From Macrostomum lignano (taxonomy: Eukaryota), in contig NIVC01002606.1 in NCBI GenBank assembly GCA_002269645.1, positions 17,123-81,122 on the forward strand: 64,000 nucleotides of DNA. Reading direction: 5' to 3'. The stretch's first letter is position 1, and every line of letters starts with the position of its first letter. A program made the translations under genes and the position numbers. This document shows positions 23,596 to 35,100 of this stretch, piece after piece. The notes below the pieces were generated by a model. It saw only the letters and a program-made list of their open reading frames with translations, was not told where the DNA came from and made no database searches.

Positions 23596-23684
23596 CTGAA
23601 GGGTTCCGGTCGTTGAATTTGAGCAGCCGGATATTACAGCTCGCTTGGATATTCTAAGCGTAACCCGTACTTTGTGGAGCGCTG

Positions 23685-24420
23685 TCTGGGATCTGATGTG
23701 TACCAGCAGGGATCTGATGTGTGCCGGCTGGGATCTGATGTGTGCCAGCTGGGATCTGATTTGTGCCAGCTGGGATCTGATGTGTGCCAGCTGGGATCTG
23801 ATGTGTGCCAGCTGGGATTTAATGTGTGCCAGCTGGGATCTAATGTGTGCCAGCTGGGATCTAATGTGTGCCAGCTGGGATCTGATGTGTGCCAGCTGGG
23901 ATCTAATGCGTGCCAGCTGGGATCTAATGTGTGCCAGCTGGGATCTGATCTGTGCCAGCTGGGATCTGATTTGTGCCAGCTGGGATCTGATTTGTGCCAG
24001 CTGGGATCTGATTTGTGCCAGCTGGGATCTGATTTGTGCTAGCTGGGATCTGATTTGTGCTAGCTGGGATCTGATTTGTTTGTGCTAGCTGGGATCTAAT
24101 GTTTGCCAGCTGGGATCTAATGTGTGCTAGCTGGGATCTGATTTCTGCCAGCTGGCATCTGATGTGCGCTAGCTGGGATCTAATGTGCATTAGCTGGGAT
24201 CTGATGTGTGCTAACTGGGAATCCTGGGATCTGATGTGTGCTAACTGGGAATCCTGGGATTTAATGTGTGCTAGCTGGGATCTGATTTGTGCCAGCTAGC
24301 ATATGATGTGCGCTAGCTGGGATCTAATGTGCATTAGCTGGGATCTGATGTGTGCTAACTGGGAATCCTGGGATCTGATGTGTGCTAGCTGGGATCTGAT
24401 TTGTGCCAGCTGGGATCTGA
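23685..24420. repeat. 21-bp minisatellite
   Basis: Unit GCCAGCTGGGATCTGATGTGT; explains the CASWDLM-type ORFs. Confidence 0.96.
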
Positions 24421-25014
24421 GGATGTTAGGCATATGAAGATGCCAGTTGGGACAGGAACAAGAACTACGGTTCTAGCCTAATGGTCCAAGGTTTGCCTTC
24501 ACTGTTTAAATGAGTAACTACTGGAGCGCGAGTTGCACCTGCAGAGCCAGTGGGACAGGTCGCTACTAGCAGCAGAAGCATCTATCCAAGTTTATTGTTG
24601 CAAGCCTTTTACAAGTGCGATTGGATAGTAAGCAATGGCCCAAAACCATCAAGACAACATTTGGAACTAACAGTAATCAGAGTAACCAGTAACCAGGAAC
24701 GCTGCATACCAAATAAGGTAAGTACGCTCGCACAGAGGGCACACAAAAGTCAAACTGCTTCGAGTAAAACACAAACTAGAAACAGAAAAAGAAAACTGTA
24801 AGACTGGCTCGAGTTAAAACACGCGGGTGAATAAATTTGGGGCTCCAGGGGGTTCAAATAGCATTAAATGTGCAGGGCCCAGTTGATAATTTTTTCTAAA
24901 AAGCCGCAGGTAGAGGCCAATGTTTATTCAAAACGTTCGTGACTTGATGCGAGATCAATTCCAAAAATCTTCCAGAGTCCGGTGGCGGAGGCCCCCTTCC
25001 GGGCCGCGGGCAGC

Positions 25015-26589
25015 TCAGGCGGCACCGGCGTCGGGTCCGCGCGGCTGGGTGCAGGCGGCCGGCAGCAGCACCAGGCGGAGCCGGCAGCGGGCCGGACACT
25101 CCGGCCGCATGACCAGGTGCACCCGGTTGATCTGGCCGGGAGGCGCGCCGACTTCGTCAATTCTGTAGACGTAGAGGCAGTCCTTGCTGGGCTCGGGCTC
25201 GAGCTCGCGACCGTTCAGCTCCAGGCGGGCGAGCAGCTGGCAGCCGGCCACCCGGCGGAGCCGGACGCCGCCGCGGCCGTTGAGCTCCATGAGGCCGGCC
25301 AGCAGCAGGCGGGTGTCCGTTTCTGCCAGGCCTTCTGGGCTGACGAATTCAAAGGCGCACCTGGCGCCGGGCGCCACGCCGAACAGATGCGGCGGCTGGA
25401 CGCTGACAAAGCTGGACGGCCGGCCGGTGACGCGGCGCAGCGCGCTGAGCAGCGGCTCGGCCAGGCGGTCCGTCCAGCTGGCCAGCTGGGAGGCGGTCAC
25501 CCGCCTAAGCAGCTGGTCGAACTCGGCACCGTGGAACAGCAGCCCGGCCGCGACATCCCAGTGGTTGGAGCGGGCGGCCAGCAGCAGGGCGGAGGCGGTC
25601 TGGTCTCCGCCGGTGTCCGGCCGCGCGCCGAAATGCAGCAGATGGTGCACGGCGGTGGCATCGCCAGCCTGTGCGGCCAGCATCAGCGGGGTGATGCCGC
25701 TGGCTTCGGCTGCGTCGGCCTCGGCGCCAGCAGCCAGCAGGGCCAGCAGGAGGTCGGCGGAGCGCCGGTCCGCCCGAGCGGCTGAGTGCAGCAGGCGGCC
25801 GGAGCCGGCAAACTTGCTGTTCAGCGTGGCGGCGCTGGCCAAGCTGGCGGCGGCGAACAGGGTGGCCGGGTCGCCGGCGGCCAGAAGGCGCTGGAGGTTG
25901 CTCAAACTCGGTGCCGACGCCGATTTGGCGGCGAGTTTAGCCGAGGCGGCGGCAACGGCGTCGCTGCAGCAAAGCTGGCGAAGTGCGCCGGCACTGGAAC
26001 TGACGGGCGACGGGCGGCTGAGCGCCTGCGCCAAGCTGTCGGACCTCTGGAAATCCGGCAGGACCGGCTGCTGCTGGCCTTTGCGGGTGGCAACCAGGCC
26101 GCTGGGCCCGGGGGCGCGGCTCCTGCCAGGGTCGGTGCGCTGCAGTAGGCTGGCGCCAGTTATTTCTTTTGTGCTGCTGTGCAGCTTCTCCTTGCGCTTC
26201 CTGGCGGTGCACATTTTCTCTATGCGGGCCCGCCGGCTGCCGGGCGGGTGGCGCGGCTGCTGCTCGTACTCGGGCGTTTTGTCAGCTGAGCTGGCCGAGG
26301 TGTGGCGCCGCTTGGCCAGCTGGTCTTCCGTCAGGCTTTGGTGCGAGCGCTTGCGGGCGAGGGCCGAGGCGGCCTCATCAGCTCCGAGCACCCGGCTGTG
26401 CCGGTTGGTCCGCTTGAACTGCTCCAGCAGCTGGCGGTTCTGCGGGCAGTGGGTGATGATGTCGGCTTCGGTGGCCCAGACGTAGCTGGCGGAGGCGGCG
26501 CAGCTCTTGAATTTAGCCTGGTATTCAGTCTGGCCGCGGTGTCCGGCGCGAGAGCCAATGATTTTTTCCAGAATTCGTGATGACAGCAT
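25015..26589 (-). CDS. MPHOSPH8-like: Divergent MPP8 paralogue (degenerate chromodomain, ankyrin repeats, diverged C-terminal domain); copy b
   Basis: Likely ATG at 26589, 5 nt after a strong acceptor (TTTTGCCTTCCAG, 26595). Chromo-like ILEKIIG..EYQAKFKSC..VWATEADI; three clear ankyrin repeats ending LL.HGAEF as in copy a; C-terminal domain with LELNG and GQINRVHL. AATAAA at 24928-24923. Confidence 0.8.
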   Translation of the reverse strand: MLSSRILEKIIGSRAGHRGQTEYQAKFKSCAASASYVWATEADIITHCPQNRQLLEQFKRTNRHSRVLGADEAASALARKRSHQSLTEDQLAKRRHTSASSADKTPEYEQQPRHPPGSRRARIEKMCTARKRKEKLHSSTKEITGASLLQRTDPGRSRAPGPSGLVATRKGQQQPVLPDFQRSDSLAQALSRPSPVSSSAGALRQLCCSDAVAAASAKLAAKSASAPSLSNLQRLLAAGDPATLFAAASLASAATLNSKFAGSGRLLHSAARADRRSADLLLALLAAGAEADAAEASGITPLMLAAQAGDATAVHHLLHFGARPDTGGDQTASALLLAARSNHWDVAAGLLFHGAEFDQLLRRVTASQLASWTDRLAEPLLSALRRVTGRPSSFVSVQPPHLFGVAPGARCAFEFVSPEGLAETDTRLLLAGLMELNGRGGVRLRRVAGCQLLARLELNGRELEPEPSKDCLYVYRIDEVGAPPGQINRVHLVMRPECPARCRLRLVLLPAACTQPRGPDAGAA

Positions 26590-27543
26590 ATTCGCTGGAA
26601 GGCAAAAGTTAAAATGGCGAACTTGATTGAGGCTTCGCTGCTTCACAGGTTGCGTGTCCGGTCTTAGATATGAAATTCGTCCGATTCAGAGTGGAAGGCA
26701 GAGCGGCGGGCAGGATGGATGGGGATAAAGCGTGACCTCGGGAAGATGGATGGGGGATAAAGCGTGACCTCGGGAAGATGGATGGGCAAAGCCGGGGAAC
26801 AGGAGTGGGAAGCAGAGTTTGCTGCACTTTGGCTGCTTTATCGATTTTCTCGCCAAGTCTCTGCCCCACTAGCCTGTGGACACAGAGGGCTCGAGTGGGA
26901 GGGGGGAAGAGAGGCTGGCCTTACGTGCAATGAGGAGCGGGGCCAGCCCTACTAAACCAGGATGACTGAAAGCTTCAGTTCCTCTGTAAGCAAGAAAAGC
27001 TGCTAAAGCAGAGCCGGTCCTTTTTCTCCAGTTGAATCTTCAAGTTGACGGCAAAGTTAAAAAAGGCAGCGCAATTTCTTCAGACACAATCAAAGTAAAC
27101 CGCCCTCGCTTATTCGCGTTTCCTCTGTTAGAAAAAAGCAGGCTAGCTGAAGGCACACAGGGAGGCCAGGCACAGGCTGTAGAGCGGCAGGGAGTTGGGG
27201 CTCGGGGGTTTTGAACGGCAGCGGGCCGGGCGGGGAGCCAGCGCGAGCCTTTAAATACCCGCGGCGGTGGGGTGGGCGTCATGGGGCTGGGGTGACTGGG
27301 GTGGTGGGGCTGCACGGTGCAGGGAGGGAGGCGGGGCTCGCCAAACCGCAAACGAGAGGAGAGGGCCAGTGCGGAATGGACTTTGACCCTGCAACCATCG
27401 CAAGGCTCAGTGAATCCCAGCTAGATTATCACTTCACAGCTGGCCATGCTAAGAATGCGATGAATGGAGCAAGCCCGGCAAACTACCTACACCCAAGGTG
27501 GCAAAGCTAAAAATGATGGCAGATAACAAAACTCAGTAAAGCC

Positions 27544-27920
27544 CATAGATAAAGTATACCATAGATTCCACCCCTACCCCCGCGGAGTGTCTAAATTGTG
27601 ACCATCACTTTATTCACTGCGCTCCTATTGGCTGGGCCACGCTATGCACATTGAGTCCACGTGTGTACATTCCCCCAACTCCGCTTTTCTATTATCTCCG
27701 CTTTAACTGTTGAAACTGGTAAGACATCCTTTCGTTCCGCGCATTAAAGTTATAAAGCTTTCTTGTGTGGAAGGGGTGAGGGAATGAAATCGAAGGTGTT
27801 GAAAGGAAGGCTTTCGCGCCAGCCAATGAGAGCACGGTGAGTTTTATGGTGGTCAAAGTTTGGACACGAGCGTGTGTACATTCTGGGCAGGGGTGGAATC
27901 TATGGTATACTTTATCTATG
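27544..27920. mobile_element. MITE with 32-bp TIRs and 8-bp TSD (hAT or P superfamily)
   Basis: TIR CATAGATAAAGTATACCATAGATTCCACCCCT. TSD GTAAAGCC at 27536-27543 and 27921-27928. Confidence 0.85.
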
Positions 27921-28206
27921 GTAAAGCCTCTCCGTTTCTCAATGAAATCGGCTGTGCGGACACAATGCAAATCCATTATTTTATTACACAGGTAGGCTGT
28001 CAATGCAGTGGGGAATTTGAGAAGCGATGACATTCGTCGGGTCAGTTGAGTATAGTCTCAGCAACTGTGACCTGGCAACCCAACGAATGCTGTGATAAAA
28101 AAGAAAAAATACTGCAAACAGCTCTAAGCAATTGTATTCGCCTTAGTCTAGTGTCGCTCAATTTTTTAATTAAGATTTTTAATATTTGTTGTCTAACTCG
28201 ATCTCG

Positions 28207-28605
28207 TACACGTGCCTAACCCTAATCTTGTACCTGTCTGACCCTAATCTTGTACACCTGCCTAACCCTAATCTTGTACACCTGCCCAATCCTAATCTTG
28301 TACACCTGCCTAACCCTAATCTTGTACACCTGTCTAACCCTACTATAGTACACCTGCCTAACCCTAATCTTGTACACCTGCCTAACCCTAATCTTGTACA
28401 CCTGCCCAATCCTAATCTTGTACACCTGCCCAATCCTAATCTTGTACACCTGCCTAACCCTAATCTTGTACACCTGCCTAACCCTAATCTTGTACACCTG
28501 CTTAACCCTAATATTGTACACCTGTCTAACCCTACTATAGTACACCTGCCTAACCCTAATCTTGTACACCTGCCTAACCCTAATCTTGTACACCTGCCTA
28601 ACCGT
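28207..28605. repeat. 24-bp minisatellite
   Basis: Unit CCTAACCCTAATCTTGTACACCTG. Confidence 0.96.
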
Positions 28606-29126
28606 AATATCGCATAGCTGACTAAATCAATATTTACCTATAAAATAGGTACAAACAAAGATTAAATAGGTTACATCGAATTACAGGCATACGCTGCTTT
28701 AACCAGCGAGAATCCCGCAGAGGTGCAAATGAATGCAAAACCAGCAGCATTTGCTGCACCTGGCCTGCATCGAGTTCGAGTAGCCGGAACCGCAGACACA
28801 GCTAATACTACATTGAAAGTACATAAAAGAAGCCGAATTCAATACCACTGCAAGTATTAAATAGCGACACCTACTGCTGCTTGACGCAGTAGAGAAAATG
28901 ACATGAAAAACGGCCTACTGGTTGCTGGGCTCAGGCTCGGGTTTTGACAGACAGATACACACAGATAAGGTGAAAGTGAGATGAGAGACAGGTGCGCAGA
29001 GGCAGACCAGTTTAACCAGTGGAGCCGCGGGCAGGGGCGGCAAGCTCAGACAGCTAGTAGCAGGCCACATAAAGTCTAAAGTTACTATGCACTCCTATCG
29101 TGTCAGAGGTCAGGTGAGGTCAAAGT

Positions 29127-32100
29127 TCAATCCAGTCCAGCGGACCTCGGCATGGCGGCCAGGCGGGCGGCCAGACAGGCAAAGCTGGGCCGCTGGTCGG
29201 GACAGTAGCGCCAGCAGTGCAGCAGCAGCTCGTACACCGGACCCGGACAGGCGGCCGGACAGGGCAGGCGGTCGCCCCGCTCCAGCATCTGCACGATCTC
29301 CGTGCCCTTGAGGTCGTGGTAGGGCCTGGCGCCGTAGCTGAACAGTTCCCAGCAGGTGACGCCGAAGCTCCAGACGTCCGACTGGCAGCTGAAGCGGAAG
29401 TAGTAGATGCACTCAGGGCTGTACCACTTCAGCGGCCAGCGGCCGGCCGCATCGGCACGGTAATAGTCACTGCCGCCGGCCAGCGCGCGGCTCAGGCCGA
29501 AGTCCGAAATCTTGACGCTGCACCGGCCGGCCAGCAGGACGTTGCGGGCGGCCAAGTCGCGGTGGACGAGGCGGCGGGACTCCAGGTAGCGCATGCCCTG
29601 AGAGACCTGGTGGGCCAGCTCTGTGAGCTGCTCGACTGGGCACTCGCTGCGGGTTCGCGGTCGGGGATTCCGGTCAGTAGTGAAGATGGAGTGAAGGGAC
29701 TGTAGTGAAGATGGAGTGAAGGGACTGTAGTGAAGATAGAGTGAAGGGACTGTAGTGAAGATGGAGTGAAGGGACTGTAGTGAAGATAGAGTGAAGGGAC
29801 TGTAGTGAAGATGGAATGGAGGGACTGTAGTGAAGATGGAATGGAGGGACTCTAGTGAAGATGGAGTGAAGGGACTCTAGTGAAGATGGAGTGAAGGGAC
29901 TCTAGTGAAGATGGAGTGAAGGGACTCTAGTGAAGATGGAATGGAGGGACTCTAGTGAAGATGGAGTGAAGGGACTCTAGTGAAGATGGAGTGAAGGGAC
30001 TCTAGTGAAGATGGAGTGAAGGGACTCTAGTGAAGATGGAAAGGAGACTCTAGTGAAGATGGAAAGGAGACTCTAGTGAAGATGGAATGGAGACTCTAGT
30101 GAAGATGGAATGGAGACTCTAGTGAAGATGGAATGGAGACTCTAGTGAAGATGGAAAGGAGACTCTAGTGAAGATGGAATGGAGACTCTAGTGAAGATGG
30201 AAAGGAGACTCTAGTGAAGATGGAATGGAGACTCTAGTGAAGATGGAATGGAGACTCTAGTGAAGATGGAAAGGAGACTCTAGTGAAGATGGAATGGAGA
30301 CTCTAGTGAAGATGGAATGGAGACTCTAGTGAAGATGGAAAGGAGACTCTAGTAAAGATGTCTATAAATTTACCGTAATAAAGATATCTGGCAAAAATGG
30401 CAACTCTGAAAAAATATTAAGGGTACGCGATGAAACTTGCCAATTCATCTACTCACAGTAGGCTAGTAGTGGGTGCAAGCATTTTATATTAATTTCAGAA
30501 AAAATACATTGGCTTTGAACTGCCAGTGACTGCTAGTGAGAGGACCCTACTTCGCTTCAAAATTTTCAATGAGGCATGAATTATTCCGTTCGATAACAAA
30601 CGCTGACATTTTATTTCTTTCTAAACTTCCGAGCTGCAGCTGCCAGACAAACGGAAGAATTAAACTGGCACTCACGGGTGCTTCCTGAGGAACTTGTTCA
30701 CGGGCCCGAGCGGCGCCAGCTCCAGCACCAGCATCAGGCAGCCGCTGCCGTTCGCCCGGCTCAGGCCCAGCAGACGGAGCACCCGGGGATGCCGCAGGCC
30801 GCTCATCACCCGCGCCTCGGCCAGCACGTCAGCTTCAGCTGCGGCGCCGGCGCCAGAACGGAGGGTCTTCACCGCCACTCGAACCTCGCGGCCGGTGCAC
30901 GGGTCGCGGTGCAGGGCGGCTCGGACTTCGCCGAAGTTGCCGCCGCCGAGGCGCTCGCCGAGCCGCAGACGGTCAGCCGGCAGCTCCGGAGCGGCTCCGA
31001 GGCCGTCAGCGGGCGGCAGATCGGGCGGCTCCTCACTGTCGCTTCCGCTGCCGTACCACCAGTCGGCGATGTCCGCGCAGTCGCTGGTGCAGCCACCACT
31101 GCCGCCTCGGTCAGTTTTCTCCGGCCTGTCGCAGCTGCCGCCTTCATCAGCGGTGTCGTCATCAATGCGCACCAGGAGGTCCACGGCGACTGACGCAGCG
31201 GCGGCGGCAGGCACGAAACGGTTGGGGCTGTCGGTCAGCGTCGAATTGATGTCCAGAAGGCGCCGACATCGGCAGCAGGTGCCCGAGGAGGAGCCAGACG
31301 ATGAGGTCGGGTCAGTGATGTCGGAAGAATCTGAGGACAGCTGCCGGCTCTGCGCAGGGGAGACATCGATAAGAGCAATGCAAAGTACGCGGCGTCTTTA
31401 AAATATCTGCCTGACTAATTGAAATCCAGGCCAGAGCCCTTTCCCGCTACATGTTGTCAGAAAATTCGACTCGATTCGAGTCGAGGACTTCGAGTTTAGT
31501 CCAGGAAACGACCTGCATGCTTTCAAAGAGCATACTTGTTATAATGTTAGAAATTACGGGTTTCAAAATCCCTTTGTGAGAGTCTGAGGAGATCGCTTGT
31601 AAACCTGGCTGGTCCTCCCGGGGCAAAAACCTCAGCTTTAGCATTTCCGCCCGTCTGCCAACAGCCGGAGACCCGCCGCAGTGCACACGCACTGGTAGCC
31701 AGTAAACAGGACAGGCAGAAGGCGGGCGAGCCGGCCCAGTCAATTAAAAACAAGCACTGGAACTTTCCCACAGAATCCGGCCCTGAGAAGCAGCAATATC
31801 TGAACGAAAAGTTGCGCGCACTGCCCCGAGCCGTTCTGCATTCCGCTGCACCCCGGGAGATTTAGCGAGATGAGAGGCCAGACAGCGCAGTTCGATCCAG
31901 CGCCAGGAGGGTGGCTGGGGGGGGGGGCAGCGAGAGCCGAACCGGGAAATACAAAACAGAGATCAGAGAAACGCGGGCTAAACTAAGCCAATTTCGATTC
32001 CCGCAATTCAGCACGCGCAAACAAGCCAGCCAGCTCGCCTCTCCCGACAGCCCCGAGTTCGCTCTCCGTGTCACAACAGCCACACATTTACTAAGCAAAG

Positions 32101-35100
32101 CCGCAGTCCCGCTAAGAACCCTCATCTCAGCTGCCCCTACCTCTTGCACCTGACTAATTAGTCGCAGACTCTAATAAGGCCTAATTGACCCACTTTCCCA
32201 TGCCCGCTACCTGCGCAGGGGTCAAAGCAGCGGGTGGGAGCGGAGGAATTCGGCCACTGGAATTGAAAAAAGCTGGCGGCGCTCAGAAGCAGCGGAGGCT
32301 GCGGGGCCGGCCATCAAAAAGTCGCGAGCCTCAATCCAGATAGGGATGAGGCAGGCCTTTCGGCAAATCCGCCGCTACTGATCAAGAGACCTAATCCGAT
32401 TGGGCTGGGGTGGGCGGCCACTAGAGGCCAATTTGCCAGAACTGACAACTTATTGCCCAGTGAAAAACTGCAGACGGGTCACCGAAGTCGCCTGCCTCAG
32501 CCGGACGGACAGCCCGCCATTCTACAGCAGCAGCAGCTACCCGCTGGGAAATGGGATCGAGCCCCGGACACGTAATCAAGACAGGATTAGACTGTCGGAT
32601 GCGGCCTCCACTCGCGGTGATTGGCTATAAATTTTGATTCACTCTTCCCAATCCCATCCAGATCGGAGAGTCTCCCTCTCTCTACTCAATCAGTGTAGCA
32701 AATTTGCCGACTCTTTGGAGACACTGTTCCACTTACACAGAGGCAGGCTGCAACTTAATCACCTCTGCAGCTTCCAGCGAGCTCCATCAGGTTCAGGCAG
32801 GGGAAGGAAGGCCAAAGGAATGAGGGGGGGTCACAATTGAGGCACCAAAAGAAAATGGAAGGCGGAGAGCTGAGGCTGCGGGTAATTGAGAGGCTACCAG
32901 CGGGCCGCCAGCCGCTGACAGCCGGAGGGGCAAGTCTCTTAGAGCTGCCAGAGCTGCTGAAGGCAAATGCGCCCGCAGAAGAAAGCAGGCGGGCATTGTG
33001 TGCGTCCGTCGAGCACCACCAGTCATGACAAGCAAAGACAGGCTAACAGAGAAGAATTCACATGCGATCGCCTTGGCCACATGAAAGAGAGTCCGCCAGG
33101 AAGCGCAAAGGGCAGGAAGCAGACCCTTGTGCCGCTGCCATTAATCAGGCCTGGGCGCCGATCCGCCACTCAGATACGGGGGGGGGGGTCGCACAGACCG
33201 GACTGTGGATTCTGCGATATCGAAAGTACTCAAAACTCATCAATGCCTCATTGTGCGCGCCAAAGCAAAAGTGCAAGGCCTGCTTCTACTGACTCTTGAA
33301 GAAGACCATAAAGTTTAAGAGCCAGTCGGAATCGGATTGGATAATGCAAACTGGATGCGGCAAATCAGATCTGCGAGTCACCTGGCCAGCAGCGGGCTAA
33401 TTTAGCAGCCAGCGGCCCAGCATGCTCTCAGTAATCCCGCAGTCCTGCCTATAGCAGCTCTTGAACACCCACGCCGGACAGGAAGGACAGTCGGCATTAT
33501 TGAGTTAGGCTGTCGGGGTGGCCGGCCGATTTTCCAACTGGCCAGCAGCTCAAGTGAGTAGCCGGGCCAGGCTAAAAAGACTCTGGCGAGATCCCCGCAG
33601 CGGATCAATCAGGCGGGATGGGATCGGGACGGGAGGGGCTACTCGGCAACAAGATTTGCGAGCCCCGAAAGATGGAGAATCCGAGCCTAATGCGCCAAGT
33701 CCCCGCGGGCCGAGCAGAAGGCTGTGGCATCATAGGTACTCGCAGGAGGCGGAATGGCGCCTCGGCCAGCCCAGTTAGGGGAGAGCTGAAGACGGAGCCG
33801 ATGCGGCATCATTGCATTCCGGGCAGCGCTGGCGGGCCGCTAATAGTCGCCATTAGCTAGGTGGCTGGGATGAAGGAAGACAGCTGAGACTGGGAGACAC
33901 CCTGACTGCTGAGTGCAGGGCCAGGGAGACACCCTGACTGCTGAGTGCAGGGCCAGGGAGACACCCTGACTGTTGAGTGCAGGGCCAGGGAGACACCCTG
34001 ACTGCTGAGTGCAGGGCCAGGGAGACACCCTGACTGCTGATTGCAGGGCCAGGGAGACACCCACCCTGACTGCTGATTGCAGGGCCAGGGAGACACCCTG
34101 ACTGCTGAGTGCAGAGCAAATTAAACACAAGCAAAAAGCAAGCCGCTCGAAGCGAAACCGCACGGAAAAAATCTGACACTCTAAAAAGGAGCCAGAACTG
34201 GAGTGGCTGCAATCAGGCCTGACAATAACCTGCAGAACTTGCAGCCTCCAGTTTGATGCAAGCGCCTTGATGCACAGGAATTTTGGCGCGATTCAATCCG
34301 AACTGGAATGGCGGACGGTTTACACCAAAGCGGCGGCCAGAGGCAGTAAACACAGCATTTAAAAGCACCCCAGGGCCTGACATTGCCCATCAACTGTCGT
34401 TAAACATTCGCTTTACTCGCGCAAGAAGACCGCACCGGTTCCAATTGTAATTCTTTTCTTCGCTTTGCTGACGGCCATCTGGGCCGGTCAGGCGCAGCGG
34501 CGGCAATGCCCGGATGCCTGAGCCAGCTGGGAGGGAATTTCAGGACAAAAGGCCATTGTGAGCGGCAGCCAGTCCTTCACGCCGCTGCCCCCCACCCCCC
34601 AATGCGATGAGGCAGGCAGAGAGGGGAGGCAGGCCAGGCCGGACCTGTCAGGCGCCGCTGAGAAGCTGAGAAATCAATTATCGGAATTCAATGCCACCCC
34701 GACTCCGGGCCGGCCGGCAACTTCATCGCCCAGCCTCTCCGACCAACAAGAGCACTTTCTCCCATCCGCCTGCGCGCCCCTTGAGGAGGGAAGAAAACAG
34801 AGCGGGGAGGAGAATACCCCAGTTGAGCACGGAAGGCCGCCCAGAAACGGATCAAGCAGCCTGGCAAATCGGAAGTGCACCGGCCGATTTCTTCATTTGA
34901 GAGGAAGCAGCTTGTGTTTGAAGAAATCGCAGTTCGGACTGAGCCGAGATGCAACAGAGCTTGGCGGGGCTGGCGTGACTGCCGGGGTTTCCGCTGATTT
35001 CCCTGCGAGCCGAAGGATTTGAGCAGGCGAAGGACTTTTACGCACACAAAGGATGGAGCAGGCTAATCCTGCGGAAGACTTTGGGTGTCCCCAAACAGCG

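Noticed and set aside
21395-26558. Many overlapping and antisense ORFs over the two MPP8 genes, and likewise over SYK and RepHel
   Set aside because: Shadow frames of GC-rich coding sequence with no recognisable domains.
21307-26589. Retrocopy origin for the single-exon MPP8 coding regions
   Set aside because: SYK here is also intron-poor, both genes have upstream acceptors, and no poly(A) remnant or TSD is visible.
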